In this document: positions 12,101 to 25,510 of the stretch, piece after piece
Layout: every line of letters starts with the position of its first letter
Position numbering within the stretch: the stretch's first letter is position 1
From: Scyliorhinus canicula
Taxonomy: Eukaryota
Direction: 5' to 3'
Assembly: GCF_902713615.1 (NCBI RefSeq)
Contig: NC_052156.1
Location: 116,103,120-116,167,119 of the forward strand
DNA length: 64,000 nucleotides
Position numbers and translations under genes: made by a program
Notes under the pieces: model-generated
Told to the model about the DNA's origin: nothing
Database searches by the model: none
The model's input: only the letters and a program-made list of their open reading frames with translations

Positions 12101-13445
12101 AGCAAGCACAGAGTCGTGCAAAAATCTCTGAAGCGATGTTAACCATGTTGATTTCACATGCAGGACGTGCTTGAACCATTTTCAGCCGTATACTATAGCA
12201 ATTGCATTTTAATGAGATAACCATGCTGCATTTAATTAGTCTCAACACCAATTGCAGGAGAGGTCTCGGTTTACTGGGAAAGGCATCTACATTTAGATCA
12301 GTGGCTGCATGTGCGCGTGATCTGTGCCATATTGTGCGAATTACTGCATCCTAGAAAATGTAAAATGCAGCTGTCTATTTAATTTCCTTTGCATCTTTCG
12401 AAATTCATGAAGCTTGCGCCACCTTAAAACTGTAAAAAAACACACACACACACTGTGGACTAGTGCTTTGATGAATGGAACAGAATGCCTTAATCTTGCT
12501 ATGATTTGTGTTTTTGGTTGAAAAATAATAATTGCACATTCTTCAAACCCTCATGCACTGAGAGACTTTCAGCTTGGAAAATATTCAAATTCTGTCTTGA
12601 TACAGCATAAATATAATTTTTAATGATTGTTCTAAAAGGGTAACTAGCGAAAAAGATGGGTTAAAGAGGATTCTTCTCCAATAACAAATGCCTGACACGC
12701 CACAGGAACGCAACCAATCTTTGCTATCGCTTTGTTCCTTCATACTGGTGCCATTGGCCCACACCCAATGTGACCTGTACAGTAGATTTCCCTGAGTATT
12801 GGGAAGGTTTTCTAAGCTCCCACGGTCACTTTTGTTTGGATGCCAGAGATGGATGCTACAGTTTTGTGGTGAATTTCAGGAGCGATTTTCTTTTCAAGTG
12901 TGGGGTAATTATTTTCCGTTTTTTCGTTTATTCCAACTTTGTGAGATGTGTTTGTCCCTTGAAATGGGAAAGAAAGACTTGCACTTACAGACCACCTTTC
13001 AAATCCTTTAAGACACTCGAAAATGCTTGGCAGTCGATTAAGTCGTTGTAATCGAGGCGGCCAGTTTGCTCATAGCAATGTCCGACAAAGAGTAATGAGA
13101 TAACATCGAGATAATCTGTTCATCGATGTTGTTGAAGGTTAACTATTGGCCAGGACCCTGGGAAGAATTCTCCTGTTCTTATTGCTGTGATTGTAGGACA
13201 TGAGGCTTTATGATTAATCCAACAACATTGTCTGTTTTTGAGTGTGAAATCCACCCGTCTCCAAATCTCTGTTAGAATAATATTCCTTTGTTAAGCAGGC
13301 CTGGTCTACAGTACAATAAGATACTGGGGACTCTTGAGGTGGACTAGTCAGTTGTCTTCTGGCACTTGTGCCATCTTCACAATGTAGTTCTTCTTAAAGG
13401 AGGGTTGGAAGCAGTTCTCCCGCCCACATCGCCAAATTATGTACA

Positions 13446-13782
13446 GGGCAGCATGGTGGCACAGTGGTTAGCACTGCTGCCTCACCGCTCCAGGGACCCG
13501 GGTTCAATTCAGGCCTCGGGTGACCTTGTGCAGTTTGCACTTTCTCCCCATGACTGCGTGGGTTTCCTCCGGGTGCTCCGGTTTCCTTCCACAGTCCAAA
13601 AATGTGAAGGTTGGGTGGGTTGGCCATGATAAATTGCCCCTTAGTGTCCAAAATGTGAGGTAGAGTTACTGGGTTACGGGGATAGGGTGGAGGTATGTGC
13701 TTAAGTAGGGTGCTCTTTCCAAGGGCCGGTGAAGACACGATGGGCCGAATGGTCTCCTTCTGCACTGTAGGGATTATATGAT
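13446..13782 (+). mobile_element. HE1-like V-SINE
   Basis: Full head, V-core and CR1-type tail. Confidence 0.92.
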
Positions 13783-13949
13783 AGTTTGATCTGGTCTAAA
13801 TCACAGCTCTCTTGAGTACATGGTAGAACCCAGATAGGTAAACTGAAAATTACAGCTTCATTTGGGACTGAAATCGGAGAAATGCAGAGTAGAAATCTGG
13901 AACCTGCTGTGTCAGAACATCTACAATGCTGGGCCAGACTGCTCCACAA

Positions 13950-14850
13950 CCTCGGTATTACATCTGACCCTGAGATAAGCTTCTAGCCAGATATCAGCAC
14001 CATCAGAAAACTGACAATTTCCATTTCTGTAATGTCACCTGACTGCACCCTTGTCTGCTGCTGCTGAAACCTTCATTCATGCCTTTGTACCTCTAGCCTT
14101 GACTAGTCCAAATCTCTCCTGGCTGGTCTCCCACTTCCTATGCTCCGAAAATTTGAGTTAGTCTGAATTACTGCGGACCTCACTCAAGCCAGGTCCCATT
14201 CACCTATCGCCCACTGACCTAAGCTGGCTCCCAGTCAAGCAGCATCTTGATCTTAACATTCTGATCTTTGTTTCCAAATCCCTCCATGGCCTTGTCCCCT
14301 CCCTATCTCGGTAATCACCTCCAGCCGCACAGCCCTCCGATCTCTGTAGTCATCTAATTCTCACCTCTTGACCATCCCTGTTTTTTATCAAAAACAGAAA
14401 ATACTGGACAATTTCAGTAGGTCTGATAGCATTTGTGGAGAGAGAAGGGAGCTAACATTCGAGTCTGAATGATTCTTTGTCAAAGCTTTGACAAAATGTC
14501 ATCCAAATTGGAAACGTTAGATCCCTTCTCTCTCCACAGATGTTATCAGACCTGCTGCGATTGTCCAGTGTTTTCTCTTTTTGTTTCAGATTCCAGCATC
14601 CACATGAATTTGCTTTTATCACATTGTTTTTAATCAGTTGCTTAGTTCCTGAGCTCTGAAATTCCCTCCCTACATTGCTCTGCCTGTCCGTTTCACCACC
14701 ACCTTTTACGATACTCCACGGGACCTATCTCTTTGACCAGACTTTTGGTTACCCAAACTAATATCTCTGTGTGACCTGTCTCTTATTGTGTCTCTCTGAA
14801 GTACTGAGGGGCGTTTTATTATGTTAAAGGCGCTACATAAAAATCCGTTG
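13950..14850 (+). mobile_element. L2-like LINE 3' fragment, interrupted at about 14390-14620
   Basis: GCTGCTGAAACCTTCATTCATGCCTTTG (AAETFIHAF) and an L2-like end AAAGGCGCTACATAAA. Confidence 0.7.
14390..14620. mobile_element. Palindromic Penelope-derived short element
   Basis: About 96-bp imperfect arms (14390-14485 and 14486-14582) centred on TTTGTCAAAG|CTTTGACAAA. Partial relatives at about 24095-24240 and 39525-39660 plus 41313-41360. Confidence 0.65.
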
Positions 14851-15146
14851 TCAATTTCCAAGACTGAGATCGGACAATTTTTGTTCGGTAGGAAGGGTTA
14901 TGGGAGAAAGGCAACTGAATTGAGCTGAGATGGGATCAAGTAGAATGGCTCTCAGCCTTCAATCACATTCCTTATAATTGAGTGAGGTTTGTAGGTTGCA
15001 GTATTCACAAAGGTTTGAGCTTTATGGAAATATGAGTTATTGTATGTACACCTGGAAATAAGTTTTCTGATAATTCAATAAAGCAGTCTGGAATAACTTG
15101 GCCAGCAAGAGTATATTGTTGTTACCAATTAATGTTCCAGAGATCA

Positions 15147-15840
15147 GGGGTGCAATCTACTGGCCACTTTCCGCCCGAATGGTAATGCAGCCGGTAAATG
15201 CTGGGAGATTCCTCTTTGGGGATCTATCCAGCTTGCCATACCTCCCGAGATCTAACCTAATCCCGTGAGACGTCGCAATCTAAATCCCGCCCATTGTGGA
15301 TGGAATCACAATTTTACAAATTTGCATATTAGAGTGAGACCGCTAGTCTCACTATAATAAGCTCTCCCACGATCTCCATGTGGGGTTGGGATCTATCCCC
15401 TTCGCCTCACAGACTGGTCAGGCACGTTTGTTGCTGCTCTCCACAAATGGAACGCCAATCGTGGGAGTCGCCCACTGGATTGGAGAACCCCAGGTGCGTG
15501 CGCTCTGGGCAGGGTGACAACCTATCACTGCTGGTGCCACCTCTATACCTTGGCACAGCCAGCCTGGTGCCCAGACAATGCCACCTGGGTGCCAGCCTGG
15601 CACTGCCAAGGTGTCCAGATGGCACTGCCAGGCTGGAAAGGGCACTGTCAGGGTGTCATGGTGGCGTTGCCAGGCCGGGATCGGGTCCAGGATCCCCTGC
15701 ATTGGTTCAGGGGAGGGGGAACCTGATGAGTGCATGGAAACACCCGGCTAGACGCGCATGTTCTGGGACACTGTTCCCACTCTGTTGGGTCGCATCCCAG
15801 GTTAATGGCATTTTGTTCTACCACTGGGTCTCTTAGTCAG
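15147..15840. mobile_element. Non-autonomous DNA transposon (probably Harbinger-type), about 0.8-kb family
   Basis: Shares GAGACGTCGC...ATCCYGCCCA and repeated TGCCAG/GGCA motifs with 27884-28702 and 39660-41312. Confidence 0.6.
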
Positions 15841-16410
15841 GTTTCCATTGAATGCATCTGTTGTTTAACGAAGGTTTACTAGACCTGGTTTGACTTGGGT
15901 CAACAGCAAGATTGGGGGGAGGGGGCAGTGGCGGCTGTATCTCCGCTCCCATTTTGCGCTGGTGAGGTTCGGTGTGTGTGTGTAGGGAGAGCGGTTTCCC
16001 TTGAGGGGGTGGGGTGTGTGTGACTGTGGGGGGTCTTCTGTTGGGGAGGTTCGGGGTGGGAGAGGGTGTTCTCTGGGACGGCGGGTCCTGTAGCCATGGG
16101 TTGGGGGCAGAGGGATGGGCGGAGGTGCATTTGAACATTTTTTACAGAACTTTTAAAAATGGCGCCTCAATCTACCATGGGGCCGAGGTTGCTTGCAGGT
16201 CAAGCTCACCAGCATGACATCGTGGATCCCACCCCTTCCATTACTTTTCTCTATGTGTTTGAAAATTTTTGTAGGAAAAGCTGGCACGGCAGCTAAAGAA
16301 TTAACTGGCAAAATGCATTTTATATTCTTTAGGTTGTGATTAACTGTGTGTATTCCTGTAAGTAAATTTGCAATCTTGTAGATGTCCTCACTTGCAATAT
16401 TGTTTTTCAG

Positions 16411-16818
16411 GAGGATGCCATTCAGAGGGAAAGTCACATGCGTTGGGCAGAGGGTTTTGTCTTAGTTTATGACATTACTGACAGGATTAGCTTTGAGGAA
16501 GTGATTTCACTGAAGAACTTCCTGGACGAAATCAAAAAGCCAAAAAACGTGACCCTGATTCTTGTGGGTAACAAGGCCGATCTGGACCACTCCAGGCAAG
16601 TCACCACGGAAGAAGGCGAGAAGGTGGCTACTGAAATGGCCTGTGCTTTTTACGAGTGTTCAGCTTGCACTGGAGAAGGCAACATAAATGAAGCGTTCTA
16701 TGAACTGTGCAGGGAGGTGAGGCGGCGTAAGATGATCCAAGGCAAGACAAGACGGAGAAGCTCGACGACCCATGTCAAGCAGGCCATCAACAAAATGTTG
16801 ACCAAAATAAGTAGCTAA
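16411..16818 (+). CDS. RERG: RERG terminal coding exon
   Basis: Acceptor tgtttttcAG|GAG. Translates [24 protein letters not shown]...LVGNKADL...[12 protein letters not shown]...[22 protein letters not shown], with G4 NKxD, G5 SA and the CAAX-less RERG C-terminus. Upstream exons were not found in the window. Confidence 0.97.
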   Translation, partial: EDAIQRESHMRWAEGFVLVYDITDRISFEEVISLKNFLDEIKKPKNVTLILVGNKADLDHSRQVTTEEGEKVATEMACAFYECSACTGEGNINEAFYELCREVRRRKMIQGKTRRRSSTTHVKQAINKMLTKISS

Positions 16819-16874
16819 ATATGTGGAGAGGAAAAGATTTTTCAAAACTCAAATAAAAAGTAGTATTACATTAC

Positions 16875-17132
16875 TGTTGAATCCGCGGTAAGCAAAACGC
16901 ATAGACGATAGTAGAAATTAACGAACAAGATTTATTACAATACTTTTCCAATACTTCTCCACTCCCCTAAGGGACTCTTCCCCGACCTACACCCAGGCCA
17001 GGGTTTTTTGTACAGCTGGGGCTCTCCTTGTTAAGGGGAAGTCCCGCCCCCTTAAAGGAGATGTTCATATTCTGGGGAGGCCATGGGAAACCTTATGGTC
17101 CTCTTCCCGGGACCTCCATTGGGGTTATAACA
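16875..17132 (-). mobile_element. Short solo LTR-like element in RERG 3' UTR
   Basis: TGTT...AACA ends, 5-bp TSD ATTAC/ATTGC, minus-strand AATAAA at about 16931. Related to 25511-25722. Confidence 0.65.
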
Positions 17133-17926
17133 ATTGCACAAAATAGGAAGTAAGCAGCTAAGGGTGATAGCTTTCCAACTTCAAATAGCTTCAAATCAGT
17201 CAAATGGACAAAACCCAGCAGTCTTCTGATCAATATGAATGGTGTACTGTAGCATTACGTACCACACTTCAGTGTGCACATCTGGCTGATAACTCTCACT
17301 TGCATAAAGGTCAACAGGACTTATTATTAATTCCCTTCCACACCCAAAATTCAAAACTAATTTGAAGCTGAAATAGTTTAAAAGTGTGAGGAAAAAATAA
17401 AATGACTTCAGGTTTTTAACTCTTCTGACGGGTATACTCCTTTTTATGTTTAATAAAAGGACCAGTTCCATTTTGAAGTGTTTGAGCAGGTTGAAAACAC
17501 AAGATATTGGTCTGCAGATAATGACCTGACTTATCAACAGACTAAGATCTTCAGACTTTTACTATAGTGGCTCAGCTGGTTGAGGTGGTGAATACCCCGG
17601 GGATGACATTGATCCCAGAATGCTTTGTGCTGAGTTAGTTGATCTCAGCCCATGTGACAGTAGGATTGCTGTAGTTGTCCTCAGCACCCCCCAAGGTTGG
17701 GGTGGAGAAAAAATAAAGTTTAATTCCCACTCCCAATTGCTATCCAGGATCCTTGCTGGAAGTGCATATGATGAGGACGGGCTTGGGTTTGCCTGTGAAA
17801 CGCCTGCCCCCCCCTGCTCCCCCATGGTCAAAATGGCTTCCAATGTTCTGGATACTGCCAGTTGGCAAAGCACTGGAGGAATACATCTCCAATGGATCAA
17901 TACCTTCCTTCCCCCTTGCCAGAGAT

Positions 17927-18159
17927 TTAAAAAAAAACAAAACATTTATAGTGTTCAATTCATTTTTTCCAATTTAAGGGGCAATTTTGCAGGGTCAATC
18001 CACCTACCCTGCACATCTTTGGGTTATGAGCGCGAAACCCACGCAAACACGGGGAGAATGTGCAAATTCTACACGGACAGTGACCTAGAGCCGGGATAGA
18101 ACCTGGGACCTCAGCGCCGTGAGGCAGCAATGCTAACCACTACACCACCGTGCTGCCCC
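17927..18159 (-). mobile_element. Short V-SINE, A-tailed subfamily
   Basis: Head TGCTGCCCC at the right end, CCCCTTAAATTGGAAAA tail on the minus strand, degenerate TSD. Confidence 0.85.
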
Positions 18160-20690
18160 ACACCCTGCACCGAGATAACACAGTAAGAACAGGGGGAAAA
18201 AGTGAAATAAAATGTCAATATACATAGTTATAGCATCGCTATATGTTCGAAGTGATGATGTAGTTCTGAATTGTAAATATATATACATATATATATATAT
18301 ATGCTGTTTTAAATTATCCAAATAAAATTGGATCTATTTGAATACTATGCAATTTAATTGGATCCCATTGTACTGCTGACCATTTATCATAGAGATTGCC
18401 GATAAATGCAATCAATGCTTTGCTTGGAAAAGCTGTCGGTCCCTTTTATTTAGGCTGTGTTTCTAATATTAAATCCAAGGTTGGCCGTCTCCTGTTGGTT
18501 GTTTACACAGCACCTTGTGCAATCTGCAGCAGCTTGTCATTCCTGGGACTGTAAATTGTTAATTGATGTTGTGGTTTGTCAAGCTATTAATTAAATTAAT
18601 TAGATCTGTCAATCAGTTATTAAAGTATCAAACAGCCTTTAAAAATTTAGAACCGTTTCCATATTCTGTACAAGCTTCCCATTTTTGTTTTTTTTTCCTC
18701 TCCTGGGAAGTAAATATGTTGCTTTTTTAAAAATAGATGCTCTTACAGTTTCTCTTCTAAGTTGTTTAAAAAAAGGTCCAACTAAATGTAGCAGTAGGAT
18801 AATTCACTTGTTAGATGCTACAATTTGAAAAATCAATACATTATAAATTAGTGATATTTGTGTTATACCCTGAAATGTTTGAGATATTTTGTTATGAGAT
18901 TGATTTATCTTCCTGTAGGTCACTCCTTAAACTGTACAACTACCCAGTCACTCCATAGTCTGCTAAGTGTTGAAAAACTGAGCAAAAGTACTAAAGAGGT
19001 CTCCTCATATAATTGCTGTCACTTTGCTGTTGTAACTTGCTTTTCCATGTAAAAATAAATCCTGAAATATTTGTTATTCTTTGAAATGTTTGATTAACTG
19101 CACCCTTGTACACACATTTCTGCATCCTGATCTGCCCCAACTTGACAAGTATGTGCTGGAGCTGGTAGGAGAGGCGGCGTTGGCATTTTGCAAGGTTGCA
19201 ATGCATAGAGCAAGCTGAGGGCATACATTTATACTTTTCACATCTCTACCTACGACACATCACAGCCATGCTAATTGTTTAGGCTGTGGATGAGCCTTTT
19301 GATGCATCAGGTCGGAAATATTGATAGCTGCGTTTCGCCCCCTGCTACCAATGAAGCTAGTTTCTGTCCACAACCCACCAGGTATTTGGCATCAATGTGC
19401 AGGCGAAGCAGATGTGTTGATTTGAACATTCTCATTTCTGTAGGCAGATTACTTTTTTCTACTGAAAGGTATTTCATCCTTAAGATTGCACATTTGTCAG
19501 AAATAGTCCTGGGTCTTGGCAATAAATCCCTCATTATGTTTTCACTTAGTTTCTTGGGAAATCTGGTGCATACTTACTTTGCAATGTAAAGTTTTATATC
19601 CTCTTAAAATAAAGTACAACTTAATGGAAATTTTAGTGACGTGATCAACTTCAGGATAGTGTGCAATGCAGACTCTGCTGTAACTTATAGAGTGGAACTT
19701 TTAGTAGGTGTGTCGGGTCAAATTTGCCATACATTTACAACTTGATCTCAGTCCAGTCTCTGCACTCTGTTTCATACCACAGAATTCACTTGCTAACTGC
19801 CAAAACTACCACTGACCTACAATAAAACTGTTTCGATACTGCCTACGAATGAGGTTGTCGATGTCAGGATAAGATCTTCATTAATAACTGGAAGTGAGAT
19901 GGGACATTTTTTAAAAACACAGGCTGCTGTTATGATCAGAAACGCACTGCCTGAAAGGATGGTAGAAGTAGATTCAATGGTCCTTTTCAAAAGGAAAGGG
20001 TGAAATTCTTTGAAGGGGGAAACGTCAGGATTATGGGGAAGGTGCTAGGGAATGGAACTGATTGGAAAGCACTTACAAAGAGCTGTCAAAGGAAGGATGG
20101 GCCAAGTGGCCAATGTCTGTAGTTTAAAAAAAAAGTCACAAAATGGATAATAGTCTTTATTAGTGTCACAAGTAGGTTTAACATTAACATCGCAATGAAA
20201 TTACTGTGAGCAGTATCCATTATTACGTGGGAGAAGGCGAGGGAATAGGGATGAGAAACATACCAGCCACGATTAAATGGCAGAGCAGACTCGCTAGGCC
20301 GAATAGCCTAATTCTGTTCCTATATCTTATGGTCTTACTATTAGGACATCACAGTGATACGAGCTCCCCACAAGATATAACCAGGTATTGCTGAATTATG
20401 AACTTGGTGATGTAGTGGGTTAGTAGCCTACCGTAGAGTTTTGATTGAAATTTCACTCTAGGTAGTGAGTCACTTCCTGTCGGGTGTTTGTGAATATGTT
20501 TGTGGGGTTTCTTTGCTTGTGCTCCAACTATTCTTGGTTTTCAAGTTTCAGACTACTTTCAAAGGAGATTCTTGGTTCTCCATGTCTCAGTGAATGTTTT
20601 TGCTTGCCCAGATATCCGGACAAATTGGTATAATTCCCAGAGTCAACAAGTGATCCCAATTGAGTATTCAGTGACAGCTTTGATCACATG

Positions 20691-21329
20691 GGCCGGGATT
20701 CTCCGACCCCGCACCGGGTCGGCGAATTGCCGGGAGGGGTGAGCAAGAGAATCGGGCCACGTCGCCCTGATGCTAGCTCGCCAATTCTCCACCGCCGATT
20801 TTCGGAAGCCTGCGGGATCGTTGAGGGCTGTTGAAAGCGGCCCCCGCCGATTCTCTGGGCCTCGACGGGCCGAGGGCCTGCCGGGTTCGGCCGAGTCCCG
20901 CCGGCGTGGGTTACGTATGGTCCCACCGGGCGGGACCTCGGAGTTCTGTCTGCGGGGGCCGTCCTGGTGCAGGGCGGGGGATCCAACCCCAGACGGGGCC
21001 TCCACAGTGGCAGGCCTGCGATCGGGGCCTACTGATAGGCGGGCGGGATAATTCCATGGGGGCCTATGTTCTTCCGCACCGGGCCCCTGTGGGGCACTAC
21101 CATATTGCCCGGGAGCTGGTGCGGAGACGGGAACCCATGCGCATGCGTGACCCCATGCCGGCTGTGGCGCACCGGCTTTCGGGTGCCGGAGCTGCGGAGA
21201 CCAGTCCAGCGCTGTACTAGCCCCTACAAAGGGTGGATAGCTACCAGGTGAGGCCCGTTGATGCCGGAGTGGCTCGCGCCACTTTTCACGCCGATGTCGG
21301 AAATTGTCGCAGGATTGGAGAATCCGGCC
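20691..21329. mobile_element. Harbinger-type GC-rich MITE
   Basis: TIR GGCCGGGATTCTCC / GGAGAATCCGGCC with 3-bp TSD ATG. Homologous to 38195-39436. Confidence 0.85.
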
Positions 21330-21487
21330 ATGATCTTCTTTTTGCCTTCTCTAGGGAGCAGGGTAACACTAGTTATCACAGGTAGACCGAGTGTGGTTTG
21401 GGCACATTTGGGAGTTTAGTGAGTGTGGAGTTTGGTGAAGAGGGGGATGAGACTAACTAGAAAAGAATAAGGTCCATAAAACACCAG

Positions 21488-21730
21488 GGACAGGATTCTC
21501 CGATTGCTGATGCCGAAATCGTGTTCGGCTGGAGAATCCATGTTTACACTAGAATCCGGAGCGGCGCCGTTTCTGTAATGCTCTGCCCTTCAAAAACGGT
21601 GTACTCTCCGAGGACGTCACCTGAGGTCCCTCCCCCGTTGCTCCGACCCTGATGGGCCGAGTCTCCGATGGCATTGCTCCCGTGTGCTCACACCATTCGG
21701 GGACCTCGCGTAGCGGCTGCGGACTGTGTC
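21488..21730. mobile_element. Truncated Harbinger-type MITE
   Basis: Starts GGACAGGATTCTCCG. Homologous to about 50850-51185. Confidence 0.6.
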
Positions 21731-22027
21731 AATAATAATCTTTATTGTCATAATTAGGCTTACATTAACACTGCAATGAAGTTACTGTGAAAAGTCACTA
21801 GTTTCCACATTCCGGCGCCCTTGGGTACACAGAGGGAGAATTCAGAATGTCCAAATTACCTAACAACACATCTTTTGCGATTTGTGGGAGGAAACTGGAG
21901 CACCTTGAGGAAACCCATGCAGACGCAGGGAGAACATGAAGACTCTGCACAGACAGTGATCCAAGACGGGAATCAAACCTGGGATCCTGGCGCTGTGAAG
22001 CAAAAATGCTAACCACTGTGCTACCGT
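21731..22027 (-). mobile_element. V-SINE with third tail type ending (ATT)n
   Basis: Same head and core, but tail GGCGCCGGAATGTGG...AACTTCATTGCAGTGTTAATGTAAGCCTA...AATAAAGATTATTATT. Also at 54216-54497, with fragments at 4913-5062, 20150-20205 and 24431-24468. Confidence 0.85.
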
Positions 22028-22455
22028 TTTGGCATCTCAGGGAATCAGAGGATATTGGGGAAGAGGCAGAGGGCTAGCAGGAAAGCAGAGTTCAACTGAA
22101 GGTCAGCCATGATTGCATTGAATCGAGGAGCAGGCTCAACAGCCCGTATGGCCTGCCCCTGCTCTTATTTCTTGTGTTCATGTATTCTCAAAGGCTTTAA
22201 TTGTCCCTGCCCCGTTTTCTGCCTTCCTCATAGTCCCCATTTGCTCCATTTTAAAATCTTAGTTTGATGTTTTTTCCTTCAATCCAATTTTTCAACAGGT
22301 TTCTTAAGAAAATAAGACTGTAAAACGTAGCCAAGCCCCCAGCATCCATTTTGCAAGTTAACGACTTTCATAAACTGTGGCTACCATTTGCTGAAAACTA
22401 ACTTCTTTAGATTGTTTCTTTTTGTTGCAGCCAATCAAAAGCAAGAGTAGAAAAG

Positions 22456-23066
22456 TGTTATGGTAGTGTCTCTTTAAGAAATGTTTTGTCTTCTCAAATG
22501 GCTGTAGTGATGTCATTGTGTGGGTGGAGCTGGGCTGTGGCTCTGGTTTTTACTTTCGTTTTGAGCTGGGAGCGGCTGTGGCTCTGAGTATTACTTTCGG
22601 GTTACACTGTTGGAAGGTGGATGCAGACAAAGAAGGTTTCTTTGGTCTCTCTCTGCATGTTAAAAGGTGTCCAGATCACTTGATAATTTAAAAGTGATAA
22701 CTGTTTTCTGGAAATAACTCAATTCTACTGTTTTGGGTAAAAGGGGTTTCCTGGTTTAGTGGATGATGTTATCAAATTGAAACAGTTGAAAGGGCAGTCA
22801 TTAAGGGATATATATATATATGAGTATTGTAGCTGTGTGGGGTATTTATGTTTGTAGTTGATAAAATGCTTACTGTATGTGTTTATAAAATGTTAACTGA
22901 ATTCGTAGAATAAACTTTGTTTTTGATTAAAAGTGCTTAAGGCCTCTGTTGAATAACACCTGAAAAGTAAGCCCTTGTGCTCCTCGTAACCAAAGCTAAT
23001 AAACAGTTGTAGGTCAGGCAGACTCCACGATATACTTTGGTATTCTCTAAACCCTGGCCCATAACA
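22456..23066 (+). mobile_element. Solo LTR, family A
   Basis: TGTTATGG...CCATAACA terminal inverted ends, perfect 4-bp TSD AAAG, internal AATAAA. Confidence 0.9.
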
Positions 23067-23164
23067 AAAGCAACATACCTGATCTTAGACTCCTTCTGTG
23101 CTGCGAGAGGTCAGCTTTTCTCGGAGAATTACAGAAAAATATAAGTATGGTACAGAGAAACATA

Positions 23165-23652
23165 CCGAGAAAATAAATCAGAAGGAGGCCATTTGGTCCT
23201 TCGCCCTCTTCCGCCATTCATTATGATCACGACTGAGCATCAAGTTCAATACCCTGATCCCGCCTTCCCCCCCATATCCCTTGATCCATTTAGTCTGTTA
23301 ATCTATAGCAAATTAATTATTGAATGTTTTCGCCTCAACTACTTCCTGTGGTAGTGAATTCCTCAGATTGCCCACTCTGTGGGTGAAGAGATTTCTCGTC
23401 ACCTCAGTCCTAAAAGGTTCAACAATTAACATCAAACTTTAACCCTTGTTCTAGACTCCCCCTCCATCAGGAAAATTCTTTCTGAATCTACCCGGTTTAA
23501 TCCTGTTAGAATTTTATACGTTTCTATGAGATCCCCCCCTCACTCTTCTAAACTCCAATGAATATAATCCTAACCGATTTAGTCTCTCCTCATATGACAG
23601 TCCCGCCATCCAAGGAATCAGCCTGGTAAATTTTTGCTGCACTCCCTCCATG
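23165..23652 (-). mobile_element. CR1-type LINE 3' fragment
   Basis: Minus-strand RFTRLI..MAGLSYEERLNRLGLYSLE and a CR1 3' end. Confidence 0.85.
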
Positions 23653-25510
23653 TCAAGATGATAGAAAATAATGAGTCGATCAGGTGATATTCTTTGATGT
23701 CATTATGTGTGACTCAACAGCAGGTGCCAGTTTTGGAAATGGTGTAAGCAACTTTGAATTGAATTGTCGTAATTCGCCTTCATTCAATTCAGAAAAAATC
23801 TTTGCTTACTGTAGGCAAGGAATTTGTATTCTACTATTTTAATTTTTACTTACATTTGCGTGAAAACTAAGGATATTCCACTGCACGTTTACGATTGATA
23901 TTGATCAACATGGCACATCTTAAGATAGTAAAAATCAGGTTGATTAGATCACTATACAGAATGCCATTGTCTGCTTTGGAACGTCCAGCTAAACTGGGAA
24001 CACTCAGATCCAGCTAAACCACAACCCTCCCCACTTTCCTGTCCCTCTGCCCCCATTACTTCTTCTAATCCCAGCCCTTCCCTTATCCACACAGTAAAAT
24101 AAAAGCAAAATACTGCAGATACTGGAAATCTGAAATAATAATGGAAAATGCTGGAAAAGCTCAGCAAGTGTGGCAGCACCCGTGAAGAGAAAAAACACAA
24201 GAGAGTTCATGATTCCAGTCTGTATGACTACTCTTCAGACCATTTTGATAGGTGGTGACGGTAAAATCAGACAAAACTGTAAATCCTCAGTAATTCTTAT
24301 GACTGAAAGTAGACACAAAACAAAAATGGGGGGGGAAATCAGAATTAAGTTGGATTTTAGATCATCTCTGCTAAAAACAAAAATCTAATAATCTGTGACA
24401 AAAATGTTGTCTTAAAGGAGTAGTGCTTCCTTGAAGCCTACTTGTGACAATAAGCGATTATTATTATTGTAAAAAAGTTACTTTATTGCTCAGCCTCTTA
24501 GATGTTTTAAGGCATTGTAATTTGTGGTTCTGAGCTCTATTGCAATCAAGTCACAAATTAATTGATGTGGGCCTGGTGGGAATACAGACTGATGAGTCAC
24601 AGTTAGCATTAAACCTGTTTTAAGTGTATTATCATTTCAATCTCCTGATTTGCTCCAAGAAATAAGTAATCAAGCCCAAAGAATTGTAACACTCAGACAA
24701 ATATATTCCGGCTAACAGATGGAGCTGCCATAATGAAGATTGCAGCAAAATTTATCTACGTGACTAGGCTGCCATTTTATAAGCTTATTCAAAATAAGAC
24801 AATAAAATGAAATTATTGGTCACTATATATTTTGTTTGAATCAATTTTATAATATTTAGCAATATGAATATTGTTACTGTTACTAGAGTGTAAGTTTCTG
24901 TGGCATACCTTGCTAATGAGATGAACATTTCTTTTAAGAGAAATTGGGTGAACATTTCAAAAGGAAAAATGTGAAAAGGCATTGAAAAAGAGCTTGGAAA
25001 TTGGGATTTAAATTGACAACACTTGATTAAAGAGAATAGTTGACAGAATGATTGACTGCACCCCCTCCCTCCCTCCCCCACTATAGATTAGAACAGATTA
25101 ACTCTGTAGTGAATGAGATTGGGGGGATCTTAGCCCCAAAGAACTGCTGAGTGGGCTGAAACTAAAACTTTTATAATTCTAAAACCTGGTCCCAACCAGC
25201 CTCCAACACACCTAATTCTAGTTTTAACAGAGGTGGGTGCATGAGTCAGATCTATTAAATAGGCGGCATGTCTCCATTATACTTAGAACTTTAATTTTAA
25301 CCCTTAGAGCTCAGGAATTCCACCAGACAATTGTATGGGAGAAGGGCTAGATCTATGAGTTGAATGCATTTACACTACTGCTTGTGGGCCTGGAGTAGCA
25401 GGAGAGATTTCCTCATGGCTCACAAATGAATCTAGAACCCATTTACACTTGCTGTGATTGGACTTTGTGATGTCTGATGAGCCCCACCTACACATGACTC
25501 CTATTCCCTC

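Larger units (their letters stand above)
16819..19630 (+). other. RERG: Putative RERG 3' UTR with alternative poly(A) signals
   Basis: AT-rich sequence after the stop, with AATAAA at 16852, 19054 and 19608 among others. The true end cannot be determined without RNA data. Confidence 0.45.

Noticed and set aside
15378-16217. Cluster of 70-150 aa ORFs upstream of the RERG last exon
   Set aside because: GC-rich non-autonomous DNA transposon sequence, open on both strands, with no protein motifs. RERG exon phases join without them.
20643-21251. CpG-island-like region with overlapping ORFs
   Set aside because: Bounded by MITE TIRs and a TSD and repeated at 38195-39436, so not a host promoter or gene.
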